Assembly (NCBI GenBank): GCA_964016885.1
Contig: OZ024748.1
Coordinates: 22,196,001 to 22,260,000 of the forward strand
From: Eledone cirrhosa
Taxonomy: Eukaryota
Reading direction: 5' to 3'
DNA length: 64,000 nucleotides
Shown here: positions 43,892 through 57,858 of the stretch, piece after piece
Position numbering within the stretch: the first letter of the stretch is position 1
Layout: each line of letters starts with the position of its first letter
Program-made: the position numbers and the translations under genes
The notes under the pieces: generated by a model
Databases searched by the model: none
The model's input: only the letters and a program-made list of their open reading frames with translations
Told to the model about the DNA's origin: nothing

Positions 43892-44864
43892 TGGTAATGA
43901 AAAAAAAATAATTTTATCACCGTTCATTTGATCAGTCGACTGCAAGATATTACCCGCCGACGGCTGTAATTTAACAGTATAACCGTAAAGTACGACTTCT
44001 ATAATCTCTATGTATTTGAACTCGTTCCATTTCTGTCTAACTGGTTTATTTGTGAAGTTATTATTTTGACTTGACGGCACATGGTAAGATTCTATCTTGT
44101 TATGTGGTTCACTTTGGCTAAATCTCGTTACCGAATTTTTGACTTGTTTATTTTTTCAAGACATTTTTGGGAATTACGTTGCAAGAATACCTGGTGCCAC
44201 GTATGTCTAGAATGTGTATAATGCTTGAATTAATATCTCTAATATACTGGAAATTTTAATAGAGTTGCTTGTCTCTATCTTTTTTAAAATAGCTTAGGCA
44301 GGTATGGTGATAGTTGTAAGTAAATTTGGAGTAAATAACCCACGGTAAAGTTAACGTGAAAATTAGTACCAAAATCTTTAATTATAGAGACAATGCCATT
44401 GACAGTTTTAAAAAGATTTACTTAATTAAATAAGATATTGAGATTTACTTACAATTTTCCTCTGAAGCACGAAGTTGACCTCCCTCCACAGGATGACATG
44501 AGGTTCACGGTCATGCGATTAAGCAACATGGCCTGAGATCAAAGCTGGGTGCTCTGAAATGTAAAAATGATGACGATGTGTTGTATGTCGCGATGGATTT
44601 AAAGTGGGATTTCAATAGACATGCAAATGATAGGATGTTATCGACAATGATAGTATGTTATCGACAAGCTTTCTATAAAGAGTTTAGATTCTATTTACCG
44701 AATTATTCACGTTAAATATCCACGTACGATTTTGAGTATACTCGGTCCCACTAAAACGAATGTAAATCGAGAGAGGTCATTGGATGCTCTAGGTGGATTG
44801 CGCTCATTGGTTGTATTTGTATCTTTTCATTTACTATATATATATATATATGTATATATATACA

Positions 44865-45054
44865 TAAGAAAATGTTTAAACCCGACGGCAGAGCTCAAGC
44901 CGTTTCGACGACTATTTCCAGAAATAGCCGTCGAAACAGCTTGAGCTCTGCCGTCGGTGTTAAATATTTTCCTGTTACCCACTCTACTGCCCTAAATATT
45001 GAGTACTCTGGTACGTTATGGTCCATCTGGTTCCTTACCACACCTCCTTCGCTA
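44865..45054. mobile_element. Fold-back mini-element, family A (opposite orientation)
   Basis: Arms ccgacggcagagctcaagccgtttcgacg.ctatttc / gaaatagccgtcgaaacagcttgagctctgccgtcgg; tail to ttcgcta(TA)n. Confidence 0.85.
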
Positions 45055-45229
45055 TATATATATATATATATACATACATACGTACATTCATACACACATG
45101 CACATTTTATACACACACACGCACATATGTATATAAAGGATCGATCGACTTTCGTCAAATCGGACCGAGGAAACAATGTTTTCGTCGGTCTTTCCAGTTG
45201 CTATTACTATCTATCGGTCGCAACTCCAG

Positions 45230-45357
45230 GTAGAAGGAGCAACGTGAAATAAAGTGTCTTGCTCAAGCACATAACGCATCGCCCGGTCCAGGAATCGAAC
45301 TCACAACCTCAAGATTGTGAATCCAATTCTCTAACCACTTAGCCACACGCCTTCACG
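45230..45357 (-). mobile_element. S2 SINE
   Basis: Minus: gtgaaggcgtgtggctaagtggttag..gagttcgattcc..cttgagcaagacactt. Confidence 0.8.
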
Positions 45358-46530
45358 TATATATATATATAAAAAGAGAGAGATTATATATACATGCGTG
45401 CGCGCACGTGTGTGTATGTGTAAGGAAAAATCCTACGATAACGTCGACCACGGTGGGTTTTGAACTCAGAAGGAAGTAATCTGGAATAATTATCGAGGCA
45501 TTTTTAATCAGACGCCCTAACGACTCTGCCAATTCGCCGCCTTATTTTAGGATGGCCAGTACTTCTGGATGCCTTTTGGTGTACTTGGTTTCCTCCTAAC
45601 GAGTGGGAAATGAGCGGTCATGTGGTGCTAGGAGCCTACCTAGTAAGTATGTTCTCACCATATAGAGGCGGGTCATCAATTTATGTTTCCATTATTAAAT
45701 TATATCTTCTTTTAATTATTGTGTGCATATATATAATTTTATATTCAATTGTGTTTCTTTAACCATTGTCAGATTTTAATATGTTCATTGTGTAACGTCC
45801 TTAGCCATCCCTTCGTTTTTATATAACTTGTCTTGTTCACCTCCATATATTTTATCTGTCCTAATTTTTTAACTCTGTATTTGGTTGTACGTAGAAGTCC
45901 TTGCGGCTAATAAAGAACTATTATTTATTTATTTATAGTACTGTTCGTTACTGACCTATTCAATCACTCTCCAAGTCACTGGATGTTTCCACGTACAACT
46001 GCATGGAATAATATTTTGTTTGAATTTATTCTCATACAGAGTGCCTTCGGATAATTTTGGAAGTTTGCCTGTACAGGGTTCAGGCGAAAAATCAGGTTTG
46101 TTATTCGACAAATTATATTTTTTTCTCATTTCATATTTTTTTTAAATGGCTACGAAAAATAGCCGTAATGCCCCTTCAAAGAAAACATTTCAAATGAAGA
46201 CAACTCCACACACAACAAACACAAACGAACAGGAATACTGTAGAGCTACACACACACGTTTTAAAGGAAAACAAGCAACGGCTTTTATATCGATAATGCC
46301 ACTACTATGAACAACTCCAGCCATTTTGTTTTTGAAATATAAACAACCCACATACATGCATACACAAACACATACACACACAAACGCACACTTGCATACA
46401 CGCAAACATATGCACAGACACAGACACACATACACACAATCTTTCTTATCTCTCATTCACACACATACATATATACGCACATACTCGCCCCACCTCTTCA
46501 TTCTCTCACAGACACATATATACATACATA

Positions 46531-46870
46531 CTTGATGTCAACGTTGTAAGAAAAAGACAGAAGGAGGACATCTACGGTCAATGATGAAGAGTTTGCAGAT
46601 CCAGTATCCAAGATACAGCTTCAGCTTCATACCCATTATTATTGGAGCTACAGGTTATATACCAACTCGCTTGGACCCGCTTGGATTTGTAGAGAAATAG
46701 AGCAGTTCCATAATTCATACTATTACAAATGGCTGCGATAGCTGGCATCTTCAAAATTTGCAAAACATTCTTGCGATTCAAGGGATAACAATTTCTTTCC
46801 TTTTACAACCTTGCCACCAGGAAGGTGGCCGGTCAAAAATGTACTCGAAATTAAGAGAAAGAGAAAAAAA
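46531..46870 (+). mobile_element. R4/Dong-type (RLE-endonuclease) non-LTR element 3' end in (CATA)n
   Basis: Frameshifted translation LDVNVVRKRQKEDIYG / MKSLQIQYPRYSFSFIPIIIGATGYIP / LQMAAIAGIFKICKTFL*, then short 3' UTR and A-run; CATA repeats on both sides. Confidence 0.7.
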
Positions 46871-46916
46871 CATACATACATACATACATACATACATACA
46901 TACATACATACATACA

Positions 46917-47065
46917 TGGTGGCTGCCAACTCGTTTTCGAGTACGGCCACTACTTTATATCCATGTAGGAGAAACCCTACTGATGCGCTGAACGAGTGTG
47001 ACTTTTTAGTCCAGCCAGCGACTTGAAAACTCTGGTACAAACACTACACTTGTGACAATTATTGA
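46917..47065 (-). mobile_element. RTE LINE 3' end with C-terminal C2H2 zinc finger
   Basis: HKCSVCTRVFKSLAGLKSHTRSAHQ*, short 3' UTR, then (ATGT)n; same end as 6121-6170. Confidence 0.7.
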
Positions 47066-48677
47066 CACATACATAAATACATACATACATACATACATAC
47101 ATACATACATACATACATACATACATACATACATACATACATACATACATACAAGCTTTGTAAAATGAAAATAACAATAGAGATTTTAGTGAAGCTCCTC
47201 GAGCTTCAATGTTTTTTCCTTTGCAAACAATTCTTGAAACAAGATTTTCTAGACAATTCTTAGACGCAAGAAAAGCAACACGGCAGTATTATGTGATGGA
47301 AACACTCTCTTTTGTACGCAAAACTTCCACAGGTGCACGACTAAACAGGAACGTAACTTGTCTAAACATTGTGAAACCTACAGACACCATTCTCGTATCA
47401 TCAAAGGCACAATTATAGGCAGTACTTGCTGATATGAGGAGTAAAGTATTCAGAAGTGGGCGCAGAAAAATATTTGACTTGTTATGTATTATTTTTAAAA
47501 TTGCCAACAGGGTGAAGATATAAGACCAATTAGCGCGTCACACATCTATTCATTAATTAATCCCACAGTATTTGGGAAGAAGGAGCATGGCAGTAGCAGT
47601 AATTAATGTTAACCTTAGACTTGTGGTCACTTTCATAGCACAATATGAGCAGGTGGTCAGTACAGAAGTAATATTTAGGGATACGTAGTCAGGTAGGGAT
47701 TCTAGAGGATTACACGTCTGCATGGCCCAACAGGACCTCAGGAGAAAAAATAAATTAGGACAAGTCGATGGGCTTGCAGCTCGGCCCCTAGCGAAATAAT
47801 TCCATGCTTATTAGATAACATGATTGTAGATCTGAACTGACGAACTGGTTAAATTACTCGGAAGTTTCGTTTTATCTGGACCTCCAGTTTAATAAAAACC
47901 AGGAAATTACGAGCAAGTTGAGGAACCTAGCCCCGAATTGTAGGGCTGACTTTGGTGAAAGCCTACATCAGCCTTTATAATTTACCTTCCTCTATTTTCG
48001 TCAAACCAGATTGAAGCTCTGCTCTTCCAATTCTTATATAAAGATTGTTTCACTGGTCAGATGGTCCATCTGCTGCCAAAACCTACAGGGTAAAGCCCAC
48101 AGTTGGCTGTGAGTGTTGATGTGCAGACATACGTTTAGATTACGACATCTACAAAAATTCTTAGCCTGCGTGTGGTTGGGGTTGCCCTTCGTCCAGCACC
48201 TTTCACTGAAGCTCGTCTCTTTGACAGAGCTGCAGTCCCTTCAGCAAAGACCAAGACTGAGGGCCTAAACATATGGAATGTTTTTAGGCATTAATAACTG
48301 TCTACCTGTTGAGTAATGCTATCGTTGGAATGTCCACGTTAGAAATCTATAGAGGACTAATGGTGAGAAAGTGTGTTGATGTTCATTTTACTGTAACAGT
48401 TTAATGCGGGGTTTTGTATGGGGTTTCTCCAATTCACAATATGTTATTGACGCCATTTCAAGGACCCGTACCTGTTATATTGTTGTTGTTTAATATTATT
48501 TCTTTATATTGTTTTTATTTCTATATTGATGATAATTGTTGCTATTATTGACTTCATTTGAACACTCCACTGTTTTTCTTCGTATTTCTTCCTTCATATT
48601 TCGGTCCCTTGTGGCACATCATCATCATCATCATCATCATCATCAGCACCATCATCACCATCACCATCATCATTATC

Positions 48678-48839
48678 AGCATTCTTATTGAGTTGTTGTT
48701 GTTAAAGAGTAGTAGGTATTTTGCGGTATATAGATACGGGACTTTCTATGTTCTGAGGGCAACTTTATCATTCATCCTTCCAGGGTCGATAAATAAAGAA
48801 CCAACGACAAAAATTGCTGGCCTTGTGCATAAACCAAAA

Positions 48840-48889
<50 letters not shown>

Positions 48890-49062
48890 AGTAGTAGTAG
48901 TTTTTGGTTTATGCACAAGGCCAGCAATTTTTGTCGTTGGTTCTTTATTTATCGACCCTGGAAGGATGAATGATAAAGTTGCCCTCAGAACATAGAAAGT
49001 CCCGTATCTATATACCGCAAAATACCTACTACTCTTTAACAACAACAACTCAATAAGAATGC

Positions 49063-49063
<1 letters not shown>
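48678..49063. repeat. Perfect ~173-bp inverted duplication containing a diverged S1 SINE, hinged on (CTA)n/(TAG)n
   Basis: Arms 48678-48850 and 48891-49063 are reverse complements. Confidence 0.9.
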
Positions 49064-49115
<52 letters not shown>

Positions 49116-49375
49116 TTGAGTTCAAATCAAGTAGTAGTATTGAGTCCTTGGTAAAATCTGTTATTTATACCGGCCTCTCTAACAAGTAGCAGTCGACTGA
49201 ATCAATTACCCCCCACCCAGACCCCACCCCACCCCCTCACACTGATACCCCCCCCTTCTTACAGATACCAAAAATCATCTGCTACGACCTTGTGCCAATG
49301 TAAGAAAGCATTATTAATATTACCATTAATAACATTCCTATTATTGTTATTAGTGTTGATGTTGTTATTATTATT

Positions 49376-49409
<34 letters not shown>

Positions 49410-50001
49410 TGTTCGTACCAAGTGATGATCGAGTTTGACTTGAGGCTGGGTGGCCTACTCACGTAGTTGGTGGGATGAAGTTCATGTGGTTAAAGTAGTG
49501 CGAAGCAACACAGTGGAAATGGTGGGAGATGGTAGTAATTAGACAAGGCCGCTTAACACAAAGTAAAATGCCTAGCATCGTCATCTCAGCCCGACAGCAA
49601 TGATAAGAGAAACGAGAGATTTGTTGACAAGAAACTGAAATCTAAGAGGGCTAGTCATCCGAAAATATCTCTTAGACAGACACATACACATACACATCCA
49701 CGTACACAGGCACACGCATATATATACATACACATACACATAACCGTATACACGCGAACAAATACAGATACGCACAAAAATAAGCTAAATAGTTTTAATA
49801 TTACTTCGGTGGTGGTGGTGGTGGTGGTGGTGGTGGTGGTGGTGGTGGTGATGGTGGTGGTGGTGGTGGTGGTGGTGGTGGTGGTGGTGGTGGTGGTGGT
49901 GGTGGTAGTGGTGGTAGTGGCGATGATGGGGAATTAGTGAGGGTGTATATAAAGGGATAGAGAAGACGTGAGAATTCAGATTTGAATATATATATATATA
50001 A

Positions 50002-50148
<147 letters not shown>

Positions 50149-50181
50149 ATTGCTCGTTTCTCGGCAATAATGTCACAGACA

Positions 50182-50260
<79 letters not shown>

Positions 50261-50271
50261 AATACACACAC

Positions 50272-50314
<43 letters not shown>

Positions 50315-50413
50315 AATACACACACATGTATTTATACACATATTTATATATTTATAGAGCTGTATTTTCATGTAGTTACATTTAATTCTTTATCTATCAA
50401 TCTCTCCCACAAC

Positions 50414-50445
<32 letters not shown>

Positions 50446-51060
50446 ACTCTCTCTCTCTCTCTCTCTGTATATATATATATATATATATATATAATTGCAA
50501 ATTCAACCAAGTGTCTAAAAATAATCACACACATAAACATCCTTACCATAAAGGTAGTACATGCAATTCAGACAGACATATGTACTTTTCCACGCGGCTC
50601 TATATGTTTATGTGGTGAGCTAAATATTCTTCTTTCAGATCTCGAGTTTGGTTTAGCCATCACTGGTAAACAGGGCTGGCGCTAACATTAGGTCAACTAG
50701 GCAACCGCCTAGGGCGCAGACATGATTGAGGTGCGTTAATGGAGCTTAATGGAACGCAGTTTTATACAAATTTATATAATTAAATTTAATATATAATATA
50801 TTCCTATACCTAATAAATATATCACTAAACATTTTTGCATTATAGCAGCGTTGTTGATATATCCATGGATGTGGATGGAGTTTTATAGTGTTATGATCTA
50901 GTGTTATGATTTGGCGTGGGTGAGCGTGGACTATTAGGAGAAAATACAGGCTTCGTAATTTTCTTAGTTTTGTCAGAGCAAGATATGACAACTTTCTTTC
51001 GTTTCTGCCACTGCTCACCCGCCTATATTTTTTTAATTTCTTCTTTCATTTCTCATCTTA

Positions 51061-51096
51061 TTTTCTGCCGAAGGTCTAACGTCCGAAACGTTAAGA
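51061..51096 (+). ncRNA. Degenerate minimal hammerhead, family J (element ~50990-51185)
   Basis: tttt CTGCCGA aggtc-taac-gtcc GAAA cg TT aaga; sister copy at 15089 retains CTGATGA aggac. Confidence 0.5.
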
Positions 51097-51202
51097 CTCT
51101 TTTCCTAGTATATCAAGCATGAAACTAATATATTTCTTCATTGTACTGTGTCGTTTGTTTTGTTATTTCTGTTTACCTTTTAGATACATACATACAGACA
51201 CA

Positions 51203-51254
<52 letters not shown>

Positions 51255-51595
51255 ATATAATATACATAATTTTGGTTAAGTTAACTAAAATCGATAGTTG
51301 GTGATTGAGGATCGATTACATAGATTGATTTTAAGTCCTAGTCCTTCGAATCATAAAATAGCGTTAATAGGAACTATAATTTTTTCCATCTAAAGTACAT
51401 ATTTTTCCTTGATATGTATGCTTTGTATATATGCAAGATACTGTGTCTTCTCATAAGATATATGGTCTTTTCTCTCTCTCTCTCTATACACATATATCTA
51501 TTAATTTGAATTATCATTGCTCTGGACAAATGTCCATAGAGCTTTTCTACTGAGAAGCACAAATATCAGACATAATTGATAGGTTTTGATACCTT

Positions 51596-51659
<64 letters not shown>

Positions 51660-51840
51660 TAAATTAATAAAATCAATGAATAAAAACAAAGAACAAGTTC
51701 CTTATATTAAAAAATTCATCGTTTCTAGGATATATATGTGTGTGTTGGTATGTATATCATATAGATCTATGTAAATATTTTACAAACTATCAGAGGAAAT
51801 ATACATACCTTCACATATATATGCTGTCTTCAGAAATAAT
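51660..51840 (-). mobile_element. Family E hammerhead element, split by a SINE
   Basis: Homologous to 3095-3289; CTGAAGA..ctaGAAAcgat on the minus strand; helix III/helix I partly deleted. Confidence 0.75.
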
Positions 51841-52023
51841 TGTTTCTACTTTAGGCACAAGGCCAGCTTTTACCCAGTACATTACTGGTTACTTTATTTT
51901 ATCGACCCCGTAAGGATAAAAGGCAAAGTTAACCTCGGCGGGATTTGAGCTCAGAATGGCAAGGGCCGTAACTCTATGCGCAAAGCATGGCGTCCGACCC
52001 TCTACCGATACTGCCAATCCACC
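51841..52023 (-). mobile_element. Full-length S1 SINE with 18-bp TSD
   Basis: TSD gctgtcttcagaaataat at 51823-51840 and 52024-52041. Confidence 0.92.
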
Positions 52024-52056
52024 GCTGTCTTCAGAAATAATGATATTTGTTTATTG

Positions 52057-52087
<31 letters not shown>

Positions 52088-52091
52088 TATA

Positions 52092-52352
52092 AGTCTAAAG
52101 TCTGTCTTAAGCCAGAAGGGTCATTTGGCCGGTGCTTATCCCGGTTTCATGACGTGAAGCGACTGAGAGTGCAAGGCTCCCCCCTGGAGAGGACGCCAGG
52201 CCATCGCAAGGTTAAAGTGTAAATATCGGTAAATGATACTCATTTTCAGCTGAGTATACTGGAGCAACGTGAAATGAAGTGTTTTGCTCAACCCAGGAAT
52301 CGACATTATGATCGTAAGTCCAACACCCTTACCACTAGGCCACGTGCCTCCA
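52092..52352 (-). mobile_element. S2 SINE, near full length
   Basis: Minus: gtggaggcacgtggcctagtggtaaggg..tgagcaaaacacttcatttcacgttgctccag..gcgatggcctggcgtcc..gaaaccgggataagc. Confidence 0.8.
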
Positions 52353-52362
52353 CTATATATAT

Positions 52363-52523
52363 ATACTTTGAATTTGTTTTGCAAGATTTCTTATCTGAAA
52401 ACGTGTGTTGAAACAGATATTGTTATACTCTGGGAGGGTCATACTGCCAATAAAAACACACGCACCTGTTGGTTTTCACGTCAATTTATTATAAATTTGC
52501 GGTTGGCTGGTTGGTTCGATAAC
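52363..52523 (+). mobile_element. TA-adjacent repeat, family K (converging copy 53532-53724; fragment 23380-23407)
   Basis: gaatttgtt..gcaagatt..tatctgaaaac..gggagggtcat..aacacacgcacc..ggttggttggttc shared between copies. Confidence 0.65.
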
Positions 52524-52969
52524 TGGATGGTTGTTTATATATTGTCAAAGCTCTTTCATCGCACATTCTATGACCTCCTCGGTGACTGATATTTATTTTG
52601 TGTCTCTCCACCTTTCTGTCCTACACCATCTTGCTTTTGTGTGTTGCGTGCTTAGTTTGCGCATGCGTTACATCCGGGTTTGTGTGTGTGTGTTTATTTA
52701 TTTATTTATGTGTTTATTTACATGTCACAGGTTGGTTGTTTGTTCTATCAGCGTGTGTCTGATTTGTTTTGTTAGATTAATTTTTGTGTGTCTGTATGTC
52801 TTCATTTTGTCCTTAATTACTACTTGTGATGTTGCTATTCCACTCATATTTTCTGTTTAATTTTGGTTGGAGTTCGTTTATGTTTGTTGCCTCTGTGATT
52901 TGTCTGAGCATTGCATCTTTTCTGTGTGAGGATATCATTTTTTTCTCTATGATAAAAACTATATCCACT

Positions 52970-53003
<34 letters not shown>

Positions 53004-53273
53004 CACACCCATACACACTCACACACTCACACTCACACACTCACACAGACACACACACAGATAGATATATATATATGTGTGTGTATGTGTGTATGTGCGT
53101 GTGTGTATAAATTTAAGCCTATATAATATTTATTATCTATTATGATCATTATTTCTACACGTATCATTTATATGTAGATACATATACATATTTATATATA
53201 TACATGTATGTATATATATACAAGTACATATGTGCATACATACATACATACATACATATATGCATATATATAC

Positions 53274-53305
<32 letters not shown>

Positions 53306-53387
53306 ATATTTATACATATATACATACATATTTATATGTATGCATGTACATGTCTACCTGTATATATATATACACACACACATGCAC

Positions 53388-53482
<95 letters not shown>

Positions 53483-54196
53483 AGTAGACATGTACATACA
53501 TACATATAAATATGTATGTATATATGTATAAATGTTATGGAACCAACCAACCAACGGGAAATTTATAAATTCTTAAATTTATTAATTTAATTTATAATAA
53601 ATTGGAGTGAACGCAAATGGTGCGTGTGTTTCTTATTGGAAACATGACCCTCCCAAAGCATAACAATATCGGTTTCAACACATGTTTTCAGATAAAGAAT
53701 CTTGCTAAACAAATTCAGAAACGAAATATATATATATATATATGTGTGTGTGTGTATATATACACACACACACACTTTTATATGTCTCTGTATGTGTGAG
53801 CGTGTGTGTGTGTGTATATATATGTGCATGCATGAGTATTTGTTTCTTTGTTCGATCTATATCGTAATTAAAATGTAAACATCAACGAAGGTTGATGCTC
53901 CTCGAACGATATTTGATTTGTGTCTAGTTACAGACACCCCCTGGTCCTACACCACCGTCTCCTGCCGTCACATATATATAGAGAAAGAGACAGCCCCGGC
54001 CCCAACCGCACTGCCGTCTCTTATCGTCATATATATATATAGAATCTGGGATGAGTCTTGTGGACACCTGTTACCTACGACGTTATTGTTCACTATTTTT
54101 TGACATAAAATTAAAAAAATGTAAATATCGGTATTTGGCTTTAAATAAAACATAAACATAAACACATACACACACACACAGAGACGCACACACATA

Positions 54197-54290
<94 letters not shown>

Positions 54291-54446
54291 CATAGACACA
54301 CACATACAAACATATAGACAGACACAAACTCACACAAAAAGAAGTTCACAAATGATATTTCACAAGTAAACTGGTACATACGTAAAAAAAAAACAAGCAC
54401 CACATTCATATAATTGCATGTATACACACAATACATATGTGTACGA

Positions 54447-54493
<47 letters not shown>

Positions 54494-54505
54494 TCTCTCC
54501 CCGCC

Positions 54506-54561
<56 letters not shown>

Positions 54562-54581
54562 TCACTCTCTTTCTCAATATA

Positions 54582-54684
<103 letters not shown>

Positions 54685-54916
54685 CTGTGTGTGTGTATAG
54701 ATGTGTGTGTGCCTTGTCTGTGTGTGTGTGTCTTGTCTGTGTGTTTGTGTGTGTGTATTTGTATGTATATGCATATGTATGTGTATATTATATGTATATG
54801 TATGTATATGTATGTATATATATGTATATCTATATATACATATTATATATATATATATTTATATATATGTGTGTGTGTGTCTCTCTCTCTATATACACAC
54901 ACACATACACACACAC

Positions 54917-55032
<116 letters not shown>

Positions 55033-55041
55033 CTCTCTCTC

Positions 55042-55122
<81 letters not shown>

Positions 55123-56022
55123 CAGGTAATAAATGTAGTAAATATGTTTGACTTAGAGAGCCAGGAATCTCGTTTCTGAGACTGGGTTTCATTGAAGCTG
55201 TTGGTTGAGAGGAAGTGAACAAGCTGCTTTATAGCAAAGACAAGTGTTTACACGAACGTACATTAATATTTGCTGATGTCTCCGCCTTCAGGGCCACCGG
55301 CTATCCCCATCGGAGAAAATGAACGATAAGGTGAATGTTTATGCCAGGTCAGTGAGAAAAGTAAGAATGTAAAGAAATTAAACGAAATAACAAAACAAAA
55401 CAAAAGAAAACTAAAATGCCGGAAATATAGACTCAGTGATACTGGAGCCATTGAGGAAGATAAGTTATAGCACGATTATGAGACATTGTTGTTGTTTTTA
55501 TTTTGTTGTTGGGTAGCCACTGTCCACTCTCATGTGACCTATTCTCAGCTTTTCGGACAAAGGTTTGTTTTTTTTATTTATAAATAATTATTTTTGACTG
55601 ATTATAAATCAATGAAGTGCTCCAGATACTAATTTCATGATATTGATTAATCGATAAATTAAATACTGCTAATATATTGTCTGCCTTTAATCGACTATAT
55701 GCTAATTCTACAAATAGTGATTTAATATGTAGACAAAACAGCAGAAATTTTTGATGAATTGGTATAATCGATTAAATCGAATATAGTACTTATGTGGTTC
55801 TTACTTAATCAACTCTGGAACGATGTAAGACGAAGTCAAACTCAGCAAAATTTGAACGTAAAGAACCATAACTAAATATACCGGAAATATAGAGTCAATG
55901 ACACCGGAAATAATGTATAGGACAATAGCGAGTTATTGTCGTTGTTTTTCTTTTATATTTGGTTAGGCCCAATTTGCTCTGGTATGGCCTCTACTGTGAT
56001 TTTCGGATAAACATTTCGGTGT

Positions 56023-56465
56023 TTAATTGGCAGTATCAGTAGAGCGTCGGACAACATGCTTTGCGGCATAGAGTTACGGTCCTTTGCGTTCTGAGTTCAA
56101 ATGCTGCCGAAGTTAGCTTTGCCTATCATCCTTACGGGGTCGATAAAATAAAGTACCAGTAACGCACTGGGGTCGATTTAATCGACGTCCCCTCCCCCAA
56201 AAATTGCTAGCCTTGTGCCTGTATAAGAAACCATTATTTATTAGGGCGGTGAGATTGGCAGAACCGATAGAACGTCGGGCAACGTGCTTTGCAGCATAGA
56301 GATACGGTCCAGTGCGTCCTGATTTCAAATCACGGCGAGGTTAACTTTGCTTTTCATCCTTACGGGGTCGATAAAATAGAGTATCAGTAATACACTGGGA
56401 GAAATTTAATCAACTTTCCCCTACCCCAAAATTGTTGGCATTGTGCCGAAATCAGAGACCATTAT
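56023..56465 (+). mobile_element. Tandem S1 SINE dimer
   Basis: Two consecutive units as at 37065-37540. Confidence 0.85.
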
Positions 56466-56939
56466 CATTGTTTATTTATTTATTGATGGATCGTAGATCA
56501 ATTAAGATTTACAGATTCATTTATTTCTAGGATCGTCATCTATTATCAGATAGACAGTGATTTGTTTTAGGGGACACATTACTGAAACTCGGGATACAGG
56601 GGTCTATGCTGTGTTGTATATATGGCAGCTTGGGCGTGTAAAGGTAGGTGATAACATTGTAAGGTATAAAGTTGGCAAATCTGGATATCTTGCTCCAAAT
56701 TACCATCTGGCATATGTCAAGTAAGACAACAGTAAACATAATTTGTTTTGTTTTTTGTTAATCAACGGAGAAAAAAAGGACCGTTTATTGTGTTTGCCTA
56801 ATAGATTCAAGTATATATATATAGGTGTCTGTGTGGGGATGTACGGTGTCTATAAAGCGGTCCCTTTCTGTGCGTTTTAATAACAATATAAATAGCTCCA
56901 CAAGCATTAATATGAAGATATATTTAGAGCACATACACA

Positions 56940-56998
<59 letters not shown>

Positions 56999-57697
56999 TA
57001 AAATATTGTTATACTTTATATTCATATATATATATATTTATATATTCATATATTTATATTTATATATATATATATTTATATATTCATATATTTATATTTA
57101 AATATATATACAGCTACACACATACATACATACTGTCACACACACTTACACACACACACGTACAGGTCCTTAAATATAGATATAAGTAGGAATATATATG
57201 TCTGTGAATGTCTGCTTGGACGTGTGTTAACATATGGGTTTATTATACTATATATATATATACATATAAATATATATATATATATATATATCAATGTGTG
57301 TATGAGTGTGTGTATACATGACAAAGTGTAGAAAAATATATAAATAAAAACAATAATAATATTAAGCAAAATGACAGAAACATCTCAATAGATTAACCGA
57401 TAGTGATATGTTTGAGAATGGAGAGGAAATATACAGTATATACATGTATGTATGTATGTATGTATGTATGTATGTATGTATGTATGTATGTATGTATGTA
57501 TGTATGTATGTATGTATGTATGTATGTATGTATGTATTTATGTATGTATGGGTGTGTGTGTGTGTGTACGTATATATTAATATGTGTGTATATACATATA
57601 GGTATATTCATATATGTATATATATATATATAAGTATATATATGCATATATGTATATATATATATATAAGTATATATATGCATATATGTATATATTG

Positions 57698-57760
<63 letters not shown>

Positions 57761-57790
57761 AATGTATGTATGTATGTATGTATGTATGTA

Positions 57791-57858
<68 letters not shown>

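Noticed and set aside
43900-44450. Possible highly decayed RTE RT on the minus strand (ILDI.WHQ, HITR, VVLYG)
   Set aside because: Motifs are scattered over frames; too degraded to call without a profile search.
46977-47065. Host C2H2 zinc-finger gene exon
   Set aside because: Single finger followed by a stop, a short UTR and a repeat tail seen again at 6121; fits an RTE LINE 3' end.
52388-52458. Possible hammerhead in family K (CTGAAAA..GAAAC)
   Set aside because: C3/A8 mismatch, no proper helix II, and no NUH triplet before the putative helix I strand.
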